In this document: positions 27,426 to 36,589 of the stretch, piece after piece
Layout of the letters: each line of letters begins with the position of its first letter
Numbering within the stretch: the stretch's first letter is position 1
Virus record (IMG/VR): IMGVR_UViG_3300035492_000044
Coordinates: 1-46,178 of that record
DNA: 46,178 nucleotides
Direction: 5' to 3' (one strand)
Origin: a virus
Lineage: Duplodnaviria; Heunggongvirae; Uroviricota; Caudoviricetes
Program-made: the position numbers and the translations under genes
Notes under the pieces: model-generated
Databases searched by the model: none
What the model saw: only the letters and a program-made list of their open reading frames with translations
Told to the model about the DNA's origin: nothing

Positions 27426-27947
27426 TTATAGTGCTTTTTCTTCGAAGTAGTCGTAAGACAGAGTCAGAGAAGGCTTGACTACATCTGCAGACGCAGCACC
27501 CAGCTGACCACCAGTATCGTAGTCTTCCAGGAAAGCGCCATATAGCATGTATTCGTAGATCTCTTTATCCTGACGGTCCATACGAACCAGACGGATTTGA
27601 GCTTCTACTTCAGACTTCTTCTTCTGCTTACCAGTCTTCATCTCGTAGCACATTTCACGCCACTGAGTAATCAGACGAGAAACAGTGTTATCCACAGTCT
27701 CGTTGAAAACTAGGGCGATAGTGCCGGATGGGATGTACAGTCCAGGTTGCTTGATAGGCGGAAGACCGCGAATCTGAATCTGGGTCGACTGACCGGTCGA
27801 TTTAGGAACATCGGTAGATTCACATCTCAGGTTAAGATCCTGAGATCCTGCAGATATGCCGCTGGGTAGAACGACAAATTGCAGGTCCCAGTTAACCAGA
27901 GTAGCGAAATCCCCGAGACCTCTTACTTGATCAATAGTTGGTCTCAT
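27426..27947 (-). CDS. Tail tube protein (gp19-like)
   Basis: LRCESTDVP, F.ETVD, I..W.E, Y...GAF, L.LSYDYF; highly biased codons; follows the sheath gene. Confidence 0.88.
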   Translation of the reverse strand: MRPTIDQVRGLGDFATLVNWDLQFVVLPSGISAGSQDLNLRCESTDVPKSTGQSTQIQIRGLPPIKQPGLYIPSGTIALVFNETVDNTVSRLITQWREMCYEMKTGKQKKKSEVEAQIRLVRMDRQDKEIYEYMLYGAFLEDYDTGGQLGAASADVVKPSLTLSYDYFEEKAL

Positions 27948-27955
27948 GATTCACC

Positions 27956-29764
27956 TTATAGCTGCTGCTGAGCCAGCTCGAAGCTGACCGAGTTATTAAC
28001 GATGCCAACAGTGAACGGAATATCTTCCACGCTGTTGTTCGGAGTTACCAGCAGGTCCAGAACCAACCGATGATTATCGATGTCATCCGGAGTGTTGTTG
28101 GTAGTATCGCAGATAGTCAGGAATCGGGTAACACCACGACGAGCAAGGACATTACTCATGTAGGCGTCAACCTTAGCCTTAGCTACCGCACGAGTGGCTT
28201 CGTCGTTGAATTCGAACAGGAAGCTCTTCAGAAGACGTTTGATAGCTGGGCCGATAGTAACCAACAGCAATCTAACGTTCAGACGGTCCAGCATCGACGG
28301 AGTTGACAGCAGAGTCTTCTGACCCCAGATCTTGATACCCTGACCGGCTTCGAAGATAATCGGGTTGATACCGTTATCGTACAGAAGATCAGACTCAGCT
28401 TCACCGAAGTGAACGTAGGTATCAAGAGTATTGACCACACCGCGAGTATCACCACCCACTGGGTACCAGATTTCGAAGTTAGCTGCAGTTTGGATGATGG
28501 CCTTAGCTACTACACCGTCCGGAGATACCCACAGTTCTCTACCATTAAATTCATCAAGAATCTTCTGGTGAGGAGCATACAGGCTACCAAACGAAGTATT
28601 GAAGTTGGCATCATACTTACGGTAGTTAACCACACTCTGAGCTGGATTATCACCGCTCTGAGCAGTCAGAGGAGCAGACAGGATGGGAACACAGTCCATT
28701 CTATCTTCACATAGCGAAATCATCGCATTATGGAAGGCCGGGGTGGTTCTACCACCGTCCACGATCAGCTTGACTGGGTACTCATTGGAGTTTCTCAGAA
28801 CATTGAGAGCTCGTACCATATCAGCATCAGTTACGGTAGCCCCGTTAGAACCACCAGTAAGAGCCAGAGGAACAACTACGTCTTTGATGTACGAACTGGT
28901 TACCAGAACGTTGTCATAGGCGTTGATGTAAGTAGATCCCTTGAGAACATCTTCGATGTACAGAGGATATCCATCATTATCCTTGGAGCCTGGAGTTTTC
29001 GAGACAACGTAGGTCTGAAGCGGAGTATTCAGGTTATCTTTATGATAAACCGAAATCAGCATAGTCCCAGGAAGCTTGGTGTACTGAACTGCTGGTACCA
29101 TCTTGCAGTTTACAGTGGCGTCTTCAGCTAAGGAGACAGTAACCGGGATCCCAGCTACGGCATTAGCTAGAGTTTCAGCAATATTTACCTTATCAATTCC
29201 AGGTACCACATAGTAAACGGTATCTGCCGAGAGTTCTGCAGGCAGTTTAGCTCCTACAAACTTAACTGGATAGCCCTTGCCCCATACTTGACTGGATGCT
29301 ATAGACCCATCGGCGCCAATAGTAACTTGCTCATCAGTCTTATAACCGTGAACGGTTACTCTCAGATCGTTGCCCCATGCACCCTGGTTCGCACTAGCGA
29401 GCATGAAGGACTTACTAGTAAGATCTACAGTATCCGGATCGAGAGTTCCACCTACCAACGACTCAGAGGTGTCTCCAAAAGTAGCTGCGGAATACTTAGC
29501 ATCTTCTGCAGCCGCTCGAATAACAAGGAGATTTCCGGTAGCTTCAAGAATGGTAAGAGCAGAGAAGTACGAAGTTGGGTAACCTACTTCTACTTTACCA
29601 TTAGCCGTGAAGTTAGCCAGGAACTGCTTACGACTTCCACCCAGTACTGGGACACCGACTTTACCCCTCAGTGCTGGGATGACGATGGCTACTGTAATGC
29701 CGTCATCTGACGGAACGTAAGCAGATAGATTCTGCTCACGATATTTCACCTTCGGGCTAGACAT
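27956..29764 (-). CDS. Tail sheath protein (gp18-like)
   Basis: LYDNGINPI, IWGQKTL, DRLNVRLLL, FLFEFNDEATR. Confidence 0.96.
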   Translation of the reverse strand: MSSPKVKYREQNLSAYVPSDDGITVAIVIPALRGKVGVPVLGGSRKQFLANFTANGKVEVGYPTSYFSALTILEATGNLLVIRAAAEDAKYSAATFGDTSESLVGGTLDPDTVDLTSKSFMLASANQGAWGNDLRVTVHGYKTDEQVTIGADGSIASSQVWGKGYPVKFVGAKLPAELSADTVYYVVPGIDKVNIAETLANAVAGIPVTVSLAEDATVNCKMVPAVQYTKLPGTMLISVYHKDNLNTPLQTYVVSKTPGSKDNDGYPLYIEDVLKGSTYINAYDNVLVTSSYIKDVVVPLALTGGSNGATVTDADMVRALNVLRNSNEYPVKLIVDGGRTTPAFHNAMISLCEDRMDCVPILSAPLTAQSGDNPAQSVVNYRKYDANFNTSFGSLYAPHQKILDEFNGRELWVSPDGVVAKAIIQTAANFEIWYPVGGDTRGVVNTLDTYVHFGEAESDLLYDNGINPIIFEAGQGIKIWGQKTLLSTPSMLDRLNVRLLLVTIGPAIKRLLKSFLFEFNDEATRAVAKAKVDAYMSNVLARRGVTRFLTICDTTNNTPDDIDNHRLVLDLLVTPNNSVEDIPFTVGIVNNSVSFELAQQQL

Positions 29765-29958
29765 TATTGCACCTCACTCTTCTCAATGATGCCTTTAGGC
29801 AAGGTTTCTGGCAGCAGAGATCTGTCTAGGTCTCTCGCTACTCCACGTGGAGCTACGACAATGTGGGTATCGCCATAACTTAGCGAGGTGTCCATGTCTA
29901 GCTTCGAATAGAGAGTCACAATCTTCTTAGTGCTCTCAGGCTTTTTAGTACTCATCAT
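29764..29958 (-). CDS. Hypothetical protein, 64 aa
   Basis: Coupled overlaps on both sides. Confidence 0.65.
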   Translation of the reverse strand: MMSTKKPESTKKIVTLYSKLDMDTSLSYGDTHIVVAPRGVARDLDRSLLPETLPKGIIEKSEVQ

Positions 29959-30614
29959 ACCTCCGGGGTAATTTTGAAGTAGTCTCGTATTACTGCTCCC
30001 TCATGAGTCTTGATAGATACATCAATTTCCTCAATGAGAGTACGTAGCTTGGCTGGGTCTGTAGCAATAGCAGATAGGAAGGTTCCGCTTACTAATGCAG
30101 ATCCTGATAGAGCCTTGTAATAGTTGTTCTCAAGATTGAAAACAATATCATCAAGATTAGGCTCCCAGATAATGGAGAAGACAAAATCTCCTAGTCCTGG
30201 GATGCTAACTACAGCATCAGTGATCTTATTTATCCCAGTCCTGGCATTGTAGTCTAGCTCAAACTTCTCAATGTCAACCATATTGGATGCCATGAGAATA
30301 AACTGATATCTGAAACTAGCCACAGATGCCGATACATCCACCCAGGAATCATTTGAATCCTTGATAGACGTTTTTATAGGTCTCCCTGACCCTGACTTGG
30401 TCAAGACAGATCTATTCCACGAAAGCAGAGGGAGACTATCTCTTTTTAACTTGTCAGCTCCACTCATAGACTGAGTAACTCTGAGCTGTCCTATAGTTGT
30501 TTCATATCCCGCCTGAGGATCAAACGTGATATTTTTGATAAAAGGATACCTAGCCTTTATGAAACGATTCATGCTATCTATAACATGAGTAGGCATTAGA
30601 GCTAATTCGCCCAT
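29955..30614 (-). CDS. Tail terminator / sheath stabiliser (gp15-like position)
   Basis: LP.LSWNRS motif and position upstream of the sheath gene. Confidence 0.6.
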   Translation of the reverse strand: MGELALMPTHVIDSMNRFIKARYPFIKNITFDPQAGYETTIGQLRVTQSMSGADKLKRDSLPLLSWNRSVLTKSGSGRPIKTSIKDSNDSWVDVSASVASFRYQFILMASNMVDIEKFELDYNARTGINKITDAVVSIPGLGDFVFSIIWEPNLDDIVFNLENNYYKALSGSALVSGTFLSAIATDPAKLRTLIEEIDVSIKTHEGAVIRDYFKITPEV

Positions 30615-30615
30615 A

Positions 30616-31152
30616 TTAGCCTCCTAGGTTACTTAGTTTGAACCGATAAAGGATATTCTTCTCTTTACCAAACACTTCTGGAGAGATGACAATCATCCTA
30701 AACGTAGACCCGTCTTCGGTCTCTACCTCAAGAACATCTCCAGCTCCTATTTCAATATCAGAGGTGGCATAGACATAACCACTGTCTTCATAGAAACCTG
30801 AGTCAGAATCGTTGATTATTCTCCACTGATATGGAGTTAACAATACTCTTACGGGAGTTGGCGGGGAGTAGTCTGCACTTATGTCAATCACAGTTGTTGA
30901 GACAACTGCTAGATCAGGAAGTTCAACTACTCCAGTGCTTGGTTCAGTAGGAATTGAGGAATAGCTGCCATATACATCCGGTAGAGTACCAGTTGTCACT
31001 TCAACAACTGGTTCAGATCCTCCGTATATTCCGTAGACCTCGTCCTGCTCTGATTCAAGCTTTTTGTATAGCATGCAATCTGTGCCATACACCTTTAGAG
31101 CAGCTGGTAGCTGTGCTGCTACTAATTTTCGGAGAGGCGCTACGTAGTGCAT
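30616..31152 (-). CDS. Neck / head-closure protein (gp14-like)
   Basis: KVYG.DC.LY, IGAGDVLEV; position. Confidence 0.65.
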   Translation of the reverse strand: MHYVAPLRKLVAAQLPAALKVYGTDCMLYKKLESEQDEVYGIYGGSEPVVEVTTGTLPDVYGSYSSIPTEPSTGVVELPDLAVVSTTVIDISADYSPPTPVRVLLTPYQWRIINDSDSGFYEDSGYVYATSDIEIGAGDVLEVETEDGSTFRMIVISPEVFGKEKNILYRFKLSNLGG

Positions 31153-31161
31153 AGACTATCC

Positions 31162-31782
31162 TCAGTTAATCAGAGATAGCCAGAAATCGCTACCAGAGGT
31201 ACATGATTCCTTAGCCTTCTCATACATCTCAGTCCCTTCACTTACAAGCTCGGATCCATCTGTCATTATCGGGAATTCTTGAGTAGTGAAAGACCTTCTA
31301 GATCTTCCCAACATAATCATGAACTTCGCTATGCAGAGATTTAGGAATTTCGAGTCTTCTAGATTCAGAGTTGGGAAGACCTTAGCAGCTTCGTCATACT
31401 TATGAGTAACGGAATACGTTATTTCATATAGATCTTCTGCAGTATTGAAGAACAGTCTAGGAGAATCATATCTCCAGAAGTAACTGGCTACAATACCAAA
31501 TCTTCTGCTACCTCCAAACAGATAATTAGACACTTCTCTGCGCTTTATCTCCAAGACCTGATCTGGGACGAACCCATCATTATCAAGTGAGAAGACTTTA
31601 TTATTGTAAAGTCTAGCAGAAGTGGTTATTACCTGCGGGAAATACTTCGAGTACCATGCTAGTTCTTTCTTAAAAATCAGTGCGAGCTGGGTCTCATTAA
31701 GGAGAGTTGACTCTAGCTCTCCTACATACTGGCCAGCTTCTAATATGCACAGATTAATAAGATCAGATAAAGACAAACTCAT
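31162..31782 (-). CDS. Neck / head-tail adaptor protein (gp13-like)
   Basis: Helical adaptor signature K....LGRSR......DG.EL..EG.E..E. Confidence 0.7.
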   Translation of the reverse strand: MSLSLSDLINLCILEAGQYVGELESTLLNETQLALIFKKELAWYSKYFPQVITTSARLYNNKVFSLDNDGFVPDQVLEIKRREVSNYLFGGSRRFGIVASYFWRYDSPRLFFNTAEDLYEITYSVTHKYDEAAKVFPTLNLEDSKFLNLCIAKFMIMLGRSRRSFTTQEFPIMTDGSELVSEGTEMYEKAKESCTSGSDFWLSLIN

Positions 31783-31792
31783 ATCCCTGCTC

Positions 31793-32065
31793 CTATTTTA
31801 TTAGCGCCTTTCTTCTCCTGCTAGAGTTCTTCTTAGCAGTCTTTGTAGAAGACTTGGCACTAGCCTTCCGAGCAGAGATACTCCGGTTCCGTCTCTCTTC
31901 TTGTGACATACGAACACACTTACCGTTTGAGTCTCTCTTATATCCTTCTGGACATTCCTGAGAATACTCCTTCTTCTTAACGGCAGTTCTCTTGCCATTT
32001 CTGATGGCAACAAGTCGCTTTATAGTAAAAGCTGACTCTGATAATTCAAGTAATTCCTTGTCCAT
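31793..32065 (-). CDS. Basic protein resembling T4 prohead core gp68
   Basis: CPEGYKRDSNGKCVRMSQEERRNRSISARKA; resemblance recalled, not searched. Confidence 0.55.
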   Translation of the reverse strand: MDKELLELSESAFTIKRLVAIRNGKRTAVKKKEYSQECPEGYKRDSNGKCVRMSQEERRNRSISARKASAKSSTKTAKKNSSRRRKALIK

Positions 32066-32607
32066 TATGTTCTCACCGGTCTGGTTAGATAATCATATGA
32101 TTTAACATTCTTCTTAATGATGTTATTATCCATTAAGAATTTGATCATCTGAATCTGATGCTTACAGAGACCTGGCATATGATCTGGATTTCTTGGAGGA
32201 CGTGTAGTTGTCTTGCGAATATATGGAATATGTCTTCCGATAAGAGCCTTATTTGACTTATCGTAGTATTCCCACATAAAGTAGAAGTCTGGGCACTGAC
32301 ATCTTACGCGGCATGTATGGTTAACTGTCGGCTGCTCGAGAAATCTCTCTAGAGTGCCGGTACCAGGATTAGCATACTTAAGAAGATGCTTACTATCCGC
32401 AGTGTCAGAAGACCCAATAGCATTGAATGCTATCGATAGTTTGTACGGCGAACGTCTGCTTGACGGATCAAGAGGAAATGCCGTACAAGAAATAAACAAC
32501 TGACGAGACTGAGGCACGTACTTGAAGTCAAATGCTCCAATCTTTCTCGTAGGGTATTGACGTCTACGAACTTGTCTTGTGCTGTCAATTAGTGCGCTCA
32601 GTTTCAT
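32065..32607 (-). CDS. SWIM-type zinc-finger protein
   Basis: RVRCQCPDF...PGLCKH (CxC...CxH). Confidence 0.75.
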   Translation of the reverse strand: MKLSALIDSTRQVRRRQYPTRKIGAFDFKYVPQSRQLFISCTAFPLDPSSRRSPYKLSIAFNAIGSSDTADSKHLLKYANPGTGTLERFLEQPTVNHTCRVRCQCPDFYFMWEYYDKSNKALIGRHIPYIRKTTTRPPRNPDHMPGLCKHQIQMIKFLMDNNIIKKNVKSYDYLTRPVRT

Positions 32608-32618
32608 CAGTTTTCACC

Positions 32619-33260
32619 TTAGCTAAGGGTAGTGATACCGGCTTTAACTAGTCTTTCGGCCAGTTCTTCCTTAGTACCATAGGTATCTAGGCCTTGCTTA
32701 GTACAGGCTTCGACTAGGTCCGGTTTCTTGTTGCTCTCAGCCAGGATCTTAACTACTTCTGGATCGAAAGCGGTAGTCTCCACCTTCTTCTCTTCTTCAG
32801 ATTCTTCGGAAGACTCCGATTTATCTTCAGAGCTAGAAGATGTATTTTCAGACTCAGAAGACTTATTGACATCTTCAGCCGAATCTTCTGAACTGGTTTC
32901 AGCAGTTTCAGTAGACTCATCTTTAGACTTGTCTTCTGAATTCTGTTGATTATCTGAAAGATCATTGAGCTGCTCATCTTTCTTACCTCCAGCATTGTCC
33001 GAGAGGTCTGCCAGAGGATCAACAAGGCCGGTACCTTGATCATCATGGCCTTCTAGAGCCAGCTCTGCTTCTTCATCAGAAATCTTGGAGTAAGATAGCT
33101 TCTCATCAAATACTTTGAGAACTTTCTCATAATTCGAGGCTAGTTCTACAGGAGCGAATGCTCTCTTGGCCTCTGCACGAAGTACGACTTGGTCTGGAGT
33201 GACTAGCAATCCAGATATGGTTACGCACTTCGATGTCAAATTCGTAACTAGGACTTTCAT
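32619..33260 (-). CDS. Acidic low-complexity protein with a C-terminal SAP-like motif
   Basis: S/E/D-rich linker; KKPDLVEACTKQGLDTYGTKEELAERL. Confidence 0.65.
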   Translation of the reverse strand: MKVLVTNLTSKCVTISGLLVTPDQVVLRAEAKRAFAPVELASNYEKVLKVFDEKLSYSKISDEEAELALEGHDDQGTGLVDPLADLSDNAGGKKDEQLNDLSDNQQNSEDKSKDESTETAETSSEDSAEDVNKSSESENTSSSSEDKSESSEESEEEKKVETTAFDPEVVKILAESNKKPDLVEACTKQGLDTYGTKEELAERLVKAGITTLS

Positions 33261-33278
33261 CAGAAAATACCTCTAGTA

Positions 33279-33310
33279 TAATGGAGGGTGGGATATCCCA
33301 CCCTCCATTA
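33279..33310 (-). terminator. Perfect 32-bp palindrome after the major capsid gene
   Basis: TAATGGAGGGTGGGAT|ATCCCACCCTCCATTA. Confidence 0.8.
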
Positions 33311-33322
33311 GTTAGCTAGCTA

Positions 33323-34723
33323 TTAAGCACCGATGGTGAGCTTAGTAGCCAGAGCGCCGTTCAGCGAAGTCATACCAGCCCATACACCAGCGGCCTGAGT
33401 CTGACGGAACGGGTTGTTCACGGACTGAACGGTATTGGTAACCATCAGCGGCATGAACGGAGAGTACGCCAGCGGAGCGTTGAAGTAGTTCTGCGGATTG
33501 GAGATCAGGATCAGCTCGTTATCCGGGATCACGTTGGTAGCACGAACAACAGGGATGTTGTCATAGGTACCGAACAGAGCGACGGAAGTCGAAGCACCAG
33601 CATCACCACCCTGGAACTCTGGCATACCACGCAGAGTGGCAGCAGCAGTACGACCAGCGATGATGCGGTTAACTGTACCCATACCAGTATTGGCATGCAG
33701 AACCGATTCAGCCATAGCCAGCTGATCAACGAAGGTCAGCTTGTGTTCAGCGTAGGATACACCAGCATCCGGAGTCTTGCTCCAGTCAGTGTTACCAACC
33801 AGGTTAGCGTAGATACGCTTGATAGCCTGGGTGTTCAGAACGTTGGTGATCTCGTTGCTCAGGTCAGCAGCTACCTCATCAACAGCCGAGCGACCGAAGC
33901 GCTGACCGAATGCGAAGTTAGCGAAAGCACCAACATCAGCAGCCAGTGCCCAGATTTCAGCACGGATGTCTTTGGTGATCAGACGACCTTCGATCTTCTC
34001 CAGAGACTCAGCAGCATCGACGTCTACGTCGTAGATAGCCTGAGCTACCTTGCCAGTGCCTGGATCAGCAGTGAAGGTGATGTCGAAGGCACCAGTCTGG
34101 TAGTTGATAGTACCAGAGAAGCCGAAGCCTAGGATCTGACCCTTACCGTTGTCCTTACCATTACCAACGCCAGGGACGTTGATTTCAAACATGTACGGAC
34201 GTACCGGTACAGAGGTCAGGTTACCCGAGTACTGTGTGTCAGCAGCTACAGTGGTGAACAGAGCAGCAGACTTACGCTGGCTACCCAGAGAACCATCGCC
34301 CAGAGAATCCAGAGTCAGAGCATCACGAATTACTTGACCCTTCGAGTAACCGCCAGAAGCCTGAGAAGCCAGGATCTGCTTGTAGTACACGATGCCATGT
34401 TCTTCAGCCATCGGCTGAATCGAGCACAGCAGAGGCAGAATCGAGCTACCTACGGAAGCAGCAATTACGTCCAGAGCAATCTGGGGAATAGCACCCAGAG
34501 AGCCCAGCTGACCTTGCGATTCGCAGAAGTCACGGTAGTTGCTGAACTGGTCCAGCTGCTGGCCCATAGCCAGAATTTCGTACGGAGATACGGATTCCTG
34601 GACACGAGTCAGGATGGAAGCGCCCTGGTAGGCATCGATCTGGTCAGTGTACTTTTCCAGATACATGTTAGCCATGCTATCAACAGCAGCTTCGTTGATA
34701 TCAGCCATAGTGCGAAGTTTCAT
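33323..34723 (-). CDS. Major capsid protein (T4 gp23-type HK97 fold)
   Basis: IQPM....G.VYY, I.AE...L.A, EI...LN...I, YSPFMPL; strongest codon bias in the window. Confidence 0.93.
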   Translation of the reverse strand: MKLRTMADINEAAVDSMANMYLEKYTDQIDAYQGASILTRVQESVSPYEILAMGQQLDQFSNYRDFCESQGQLGSLGAIPQIALDVIAASVGSSILPLLCSIQPMAEEHGIVYYKQILASQASGGYSKGQVIRDALTLDSLGDGSLGSQRKSAALFTTVAADTQYSGNLTSVPVRPYMFEINVPGVGNGKDNGKGQILGFGFSGTINYQTGAFDITFTADPGTGKVAQAIYDVDVDAAESLEKIEGRLITKDIRAEIWALAADVGAFANFAFGQRFGRSAVDEVAADLSNEITNVLNTQAIKRIYANLVGNTDWSKTPDAGVSYAEHKLTFVDQLAMAESVLHANTGMGTVNRIIAGRTAAATLRGMPEFQGGDAGASTSVALFGTYDNIPVVRATNVIPDNELILISNPQNYFNAPLAYSPFMPLMVTNTVQSVNNPFRQTQAAGVWAGMTSLNGALATKLTIGA

Positions 34724-34749
34724 ACGATTTATTCCTCTGAAGAATCGAA

Positions 34750-36066
34750 TTAACCGCGATTTCCGCGGCTATTTAGGGTCATTAGCTTAAGGGACAGACT
34801 GGAAGCTCGGGTCCCAATAGTTACGGACTCGTTGATCTGAGTAGCTCCAGAGAAATCTTTAGTACTCATCTCGTGTGGACGCTTGGAGCGTGCCGGCTTA
34901 GCTGGTTTGGCCTTAGGTTTAGCGGTGAGAGTCAGGGACTCCTCGATATCCTTCAGATCCAATCCTTTACTAAACAGGTGTTTAACAGCAGACTCTTGGA
35001 CATCAAACTTGCTGGCCAGAGACTTGAGCTGCTCCTGAATGAACCGATCAGCCAGAGCTTCCGAATGCTCAACCAGTTCTTCCAGATCTTTGATACTACC
35101 GAATGCTTTATAGGCATTCAGCTCTTCCTGGACCTCATCAAGAATCAGAGATTCAGAAACACTGTGAAGAGCGGTATTCAGACGATTCTGAAGAGCCGTT
35201 ACAGTCTCAGTGCATTTATCCAGTGCTTCGGAGACTTCTTCCGGAGTACCGAGTTCTTCGTACTCTTTGATAGTCTCTTGAGCTTTAGCCAGCTCGGCTG
35301 CAATCTCAGTGTTCTCTTGAGCAAGAGTAACAACTGTAGCAGCTACTTCACCGACTTTTGCAGTAAGTTCTTGAATGCTTTCAGCAGTGACAGCGTCACC
35401 TGCTTTCAGCTCCTCAACCGCACTCTCTACGATCTTAAGTAGAGTGACGGCATCGTCTTGGGTCTTATCCACAGGGATATCCTCGTTTACAGGGTCAGTA
35501 GTTTCATCGTCTAGTGACTCAATCAGATCTGGCAGAGCCTCATCATATCCTGGCTCTAGCACGAAATCGATACGCTCAAAGAAGAACATATCTGGATTGA
35601 CGGTGCGCTGGTTACCAGAGGATCCATTCAAGAATAGACCCTTGGCCTTAGTAGATACCCTGATCTTAGAACCCACTCTCAGAATGGTATTTAAGATCCG
35701 GCCAGTTGGGGTATTAAGTACAAGATATTCAGCTTCACCAACACCTTCTTCATTAATGAAGATATCTGTGATTAGGTGAGAGAATTTCCCGTCCTTAATA
35801 GCATCGTCATCTAGAACCTGATTGTGACCAATAGTACCGTACATCAGCCTATCGCGGAGTCTCTTCTGAACTCTAGGTTCAGATAGAGCTTTCTCCCATG
35901 CTTCAAGGGGATAGAATGTACGGTTACCACTGGTAGTATCTGGGAAGAAGGCTGGACCACGGACTTTAGCAAGTACGTGAATGCCATCTACCTCAGACGC
36001 ATCTTCACAGATTTTATGAAGTACTTCCCCTTCCCAGATATTCTCTAGTTTAGGGGCCTCGTTCAT
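34750..36066 (-). CDS. Prohead protease (gp21-like) fused to an acidic helical scaffold (gp22-like)
   Basis: N.TFYP..AWE, GTIGH, LNTPTGRIL, VSTKAKG, IDFVLEPGY, then a long Glu-rich coiled coil. Confidence 0.88.
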   Translation of the reverse strand: MNEAPKLENIWEGEVLHKICEDASEVDGIHVLAKVRGPAFFPDTTSGNRTFYPLEAWEKALSEPRVQKRLRDRLMYGTIGHNQVLDDDAIKDGKFSHLITDIFINEEGVGEAEYLVLNTPTGRILNTILRVGSKIRVSTKAKGLFLNGSSGNQRTVNPDMFFFERIDFVLEPGYDEALPDLIESLDDETTDPVNEDIPVDKTQDDAVTLLKIVESAVEELKAGDAVTAESIQELTAKVGEVAATVVTLAQENTEIAAELAKAQETIKEYEELGTPEEVSEALDKCTETVTALQNRLNTALHSVSESLILDEVQEELNAYKAFGSIKDLEELVEHSEALADRFIQEQLKSLASKFDVQESAVKHLFSKGLDLKDIEESLTLTAKPKAKPAKPARSKRPHEMSTKDFSGATQINESVTIGTRASSLSLKLMTLNSRGNRG

Positions 36067-36067
36067 A

Positions 36068-36589
36068 TTATTTCACCTGACGAAGACGATTCGACGGATT
36101 CATCAGACGGCGGGATAGGGATTCTTGGACATCTTTCTTATCGTCCTCTTCCTCCTCTTCTTCCTCATCATCTGACTCTTTATCCTTATCGTCCTCTTCT
36201 TCAGAATCGGACTCCTGGATATCTTCCTTATCTTTGTCTTCTTCCTCTTCGTCACAATTTTCACCGGACTCTTCCATCTCTTCTTCTTCTTCTTCTTCGC
36301 TCTCTTCCTTCTCCTCTTCCTCTTCTTCAGATTCAGAGACATTGGATTGGAGGACGAAGCCAAGAGAGCCTAGCTCTTTCTCAGCCAGCTCGAGACTTGT
36401 TCCGGTATAAGTAACATTATCACCTGAGATGGTGATATCTCCGCCTAGTTTAGCAGCTACCAGATCAAGCTGGGCTGGGTCGAATGCTTTCGATGCAACG
36501 AAGAGGGCATTAGTAGCTGCTGCACTTTCATTGATCTGGCGCATCTTCGCTAGTAGCGGGGACAAACTCTTTGACTTCTGGTTTTTCAT
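36068..36589 (-). CDS. Highly acidic prohead core protein (gp67-like)
   Basis: Poly-Glu/Asp tracts; located between portal and protease; AGGAG RBS. Confidence 0.65.
   Translation of the reverse strand: MKNQKSKSLSPLLAKMRQINESAAATNALFVASKAFDPAQLDLVAAKLGGDITISGDNVTYTGTSLELAEKELGSLGFVLQSNVSESEEEEEEKEESEEEEEEEMEESGENCDEEEEDKDKEDIQESDSEEEDDKDKESDDEEEEEEEDDKKDVQESLSRRLMNPSNRLRQVK

Noticed and set aside
28070-29710. Several + strand ORFs opposite the sheath gene
   Set aside because: Same antisense shadow effect
33529-35779. Long + strand ORFs opposite the capsid and protease genes (e.g. 33695-34132, 34334-34753, 34873-35442)
   Set aside because: Antisense shadows of strongly codon-biased genes; no RBS or recognisable motifs
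36103-36363. Basic 86-aa ORF in an alternative frame of the acidic core gene
   Set aside because: By-product of GAA/GAG-rich low-complexity coding; no RBS
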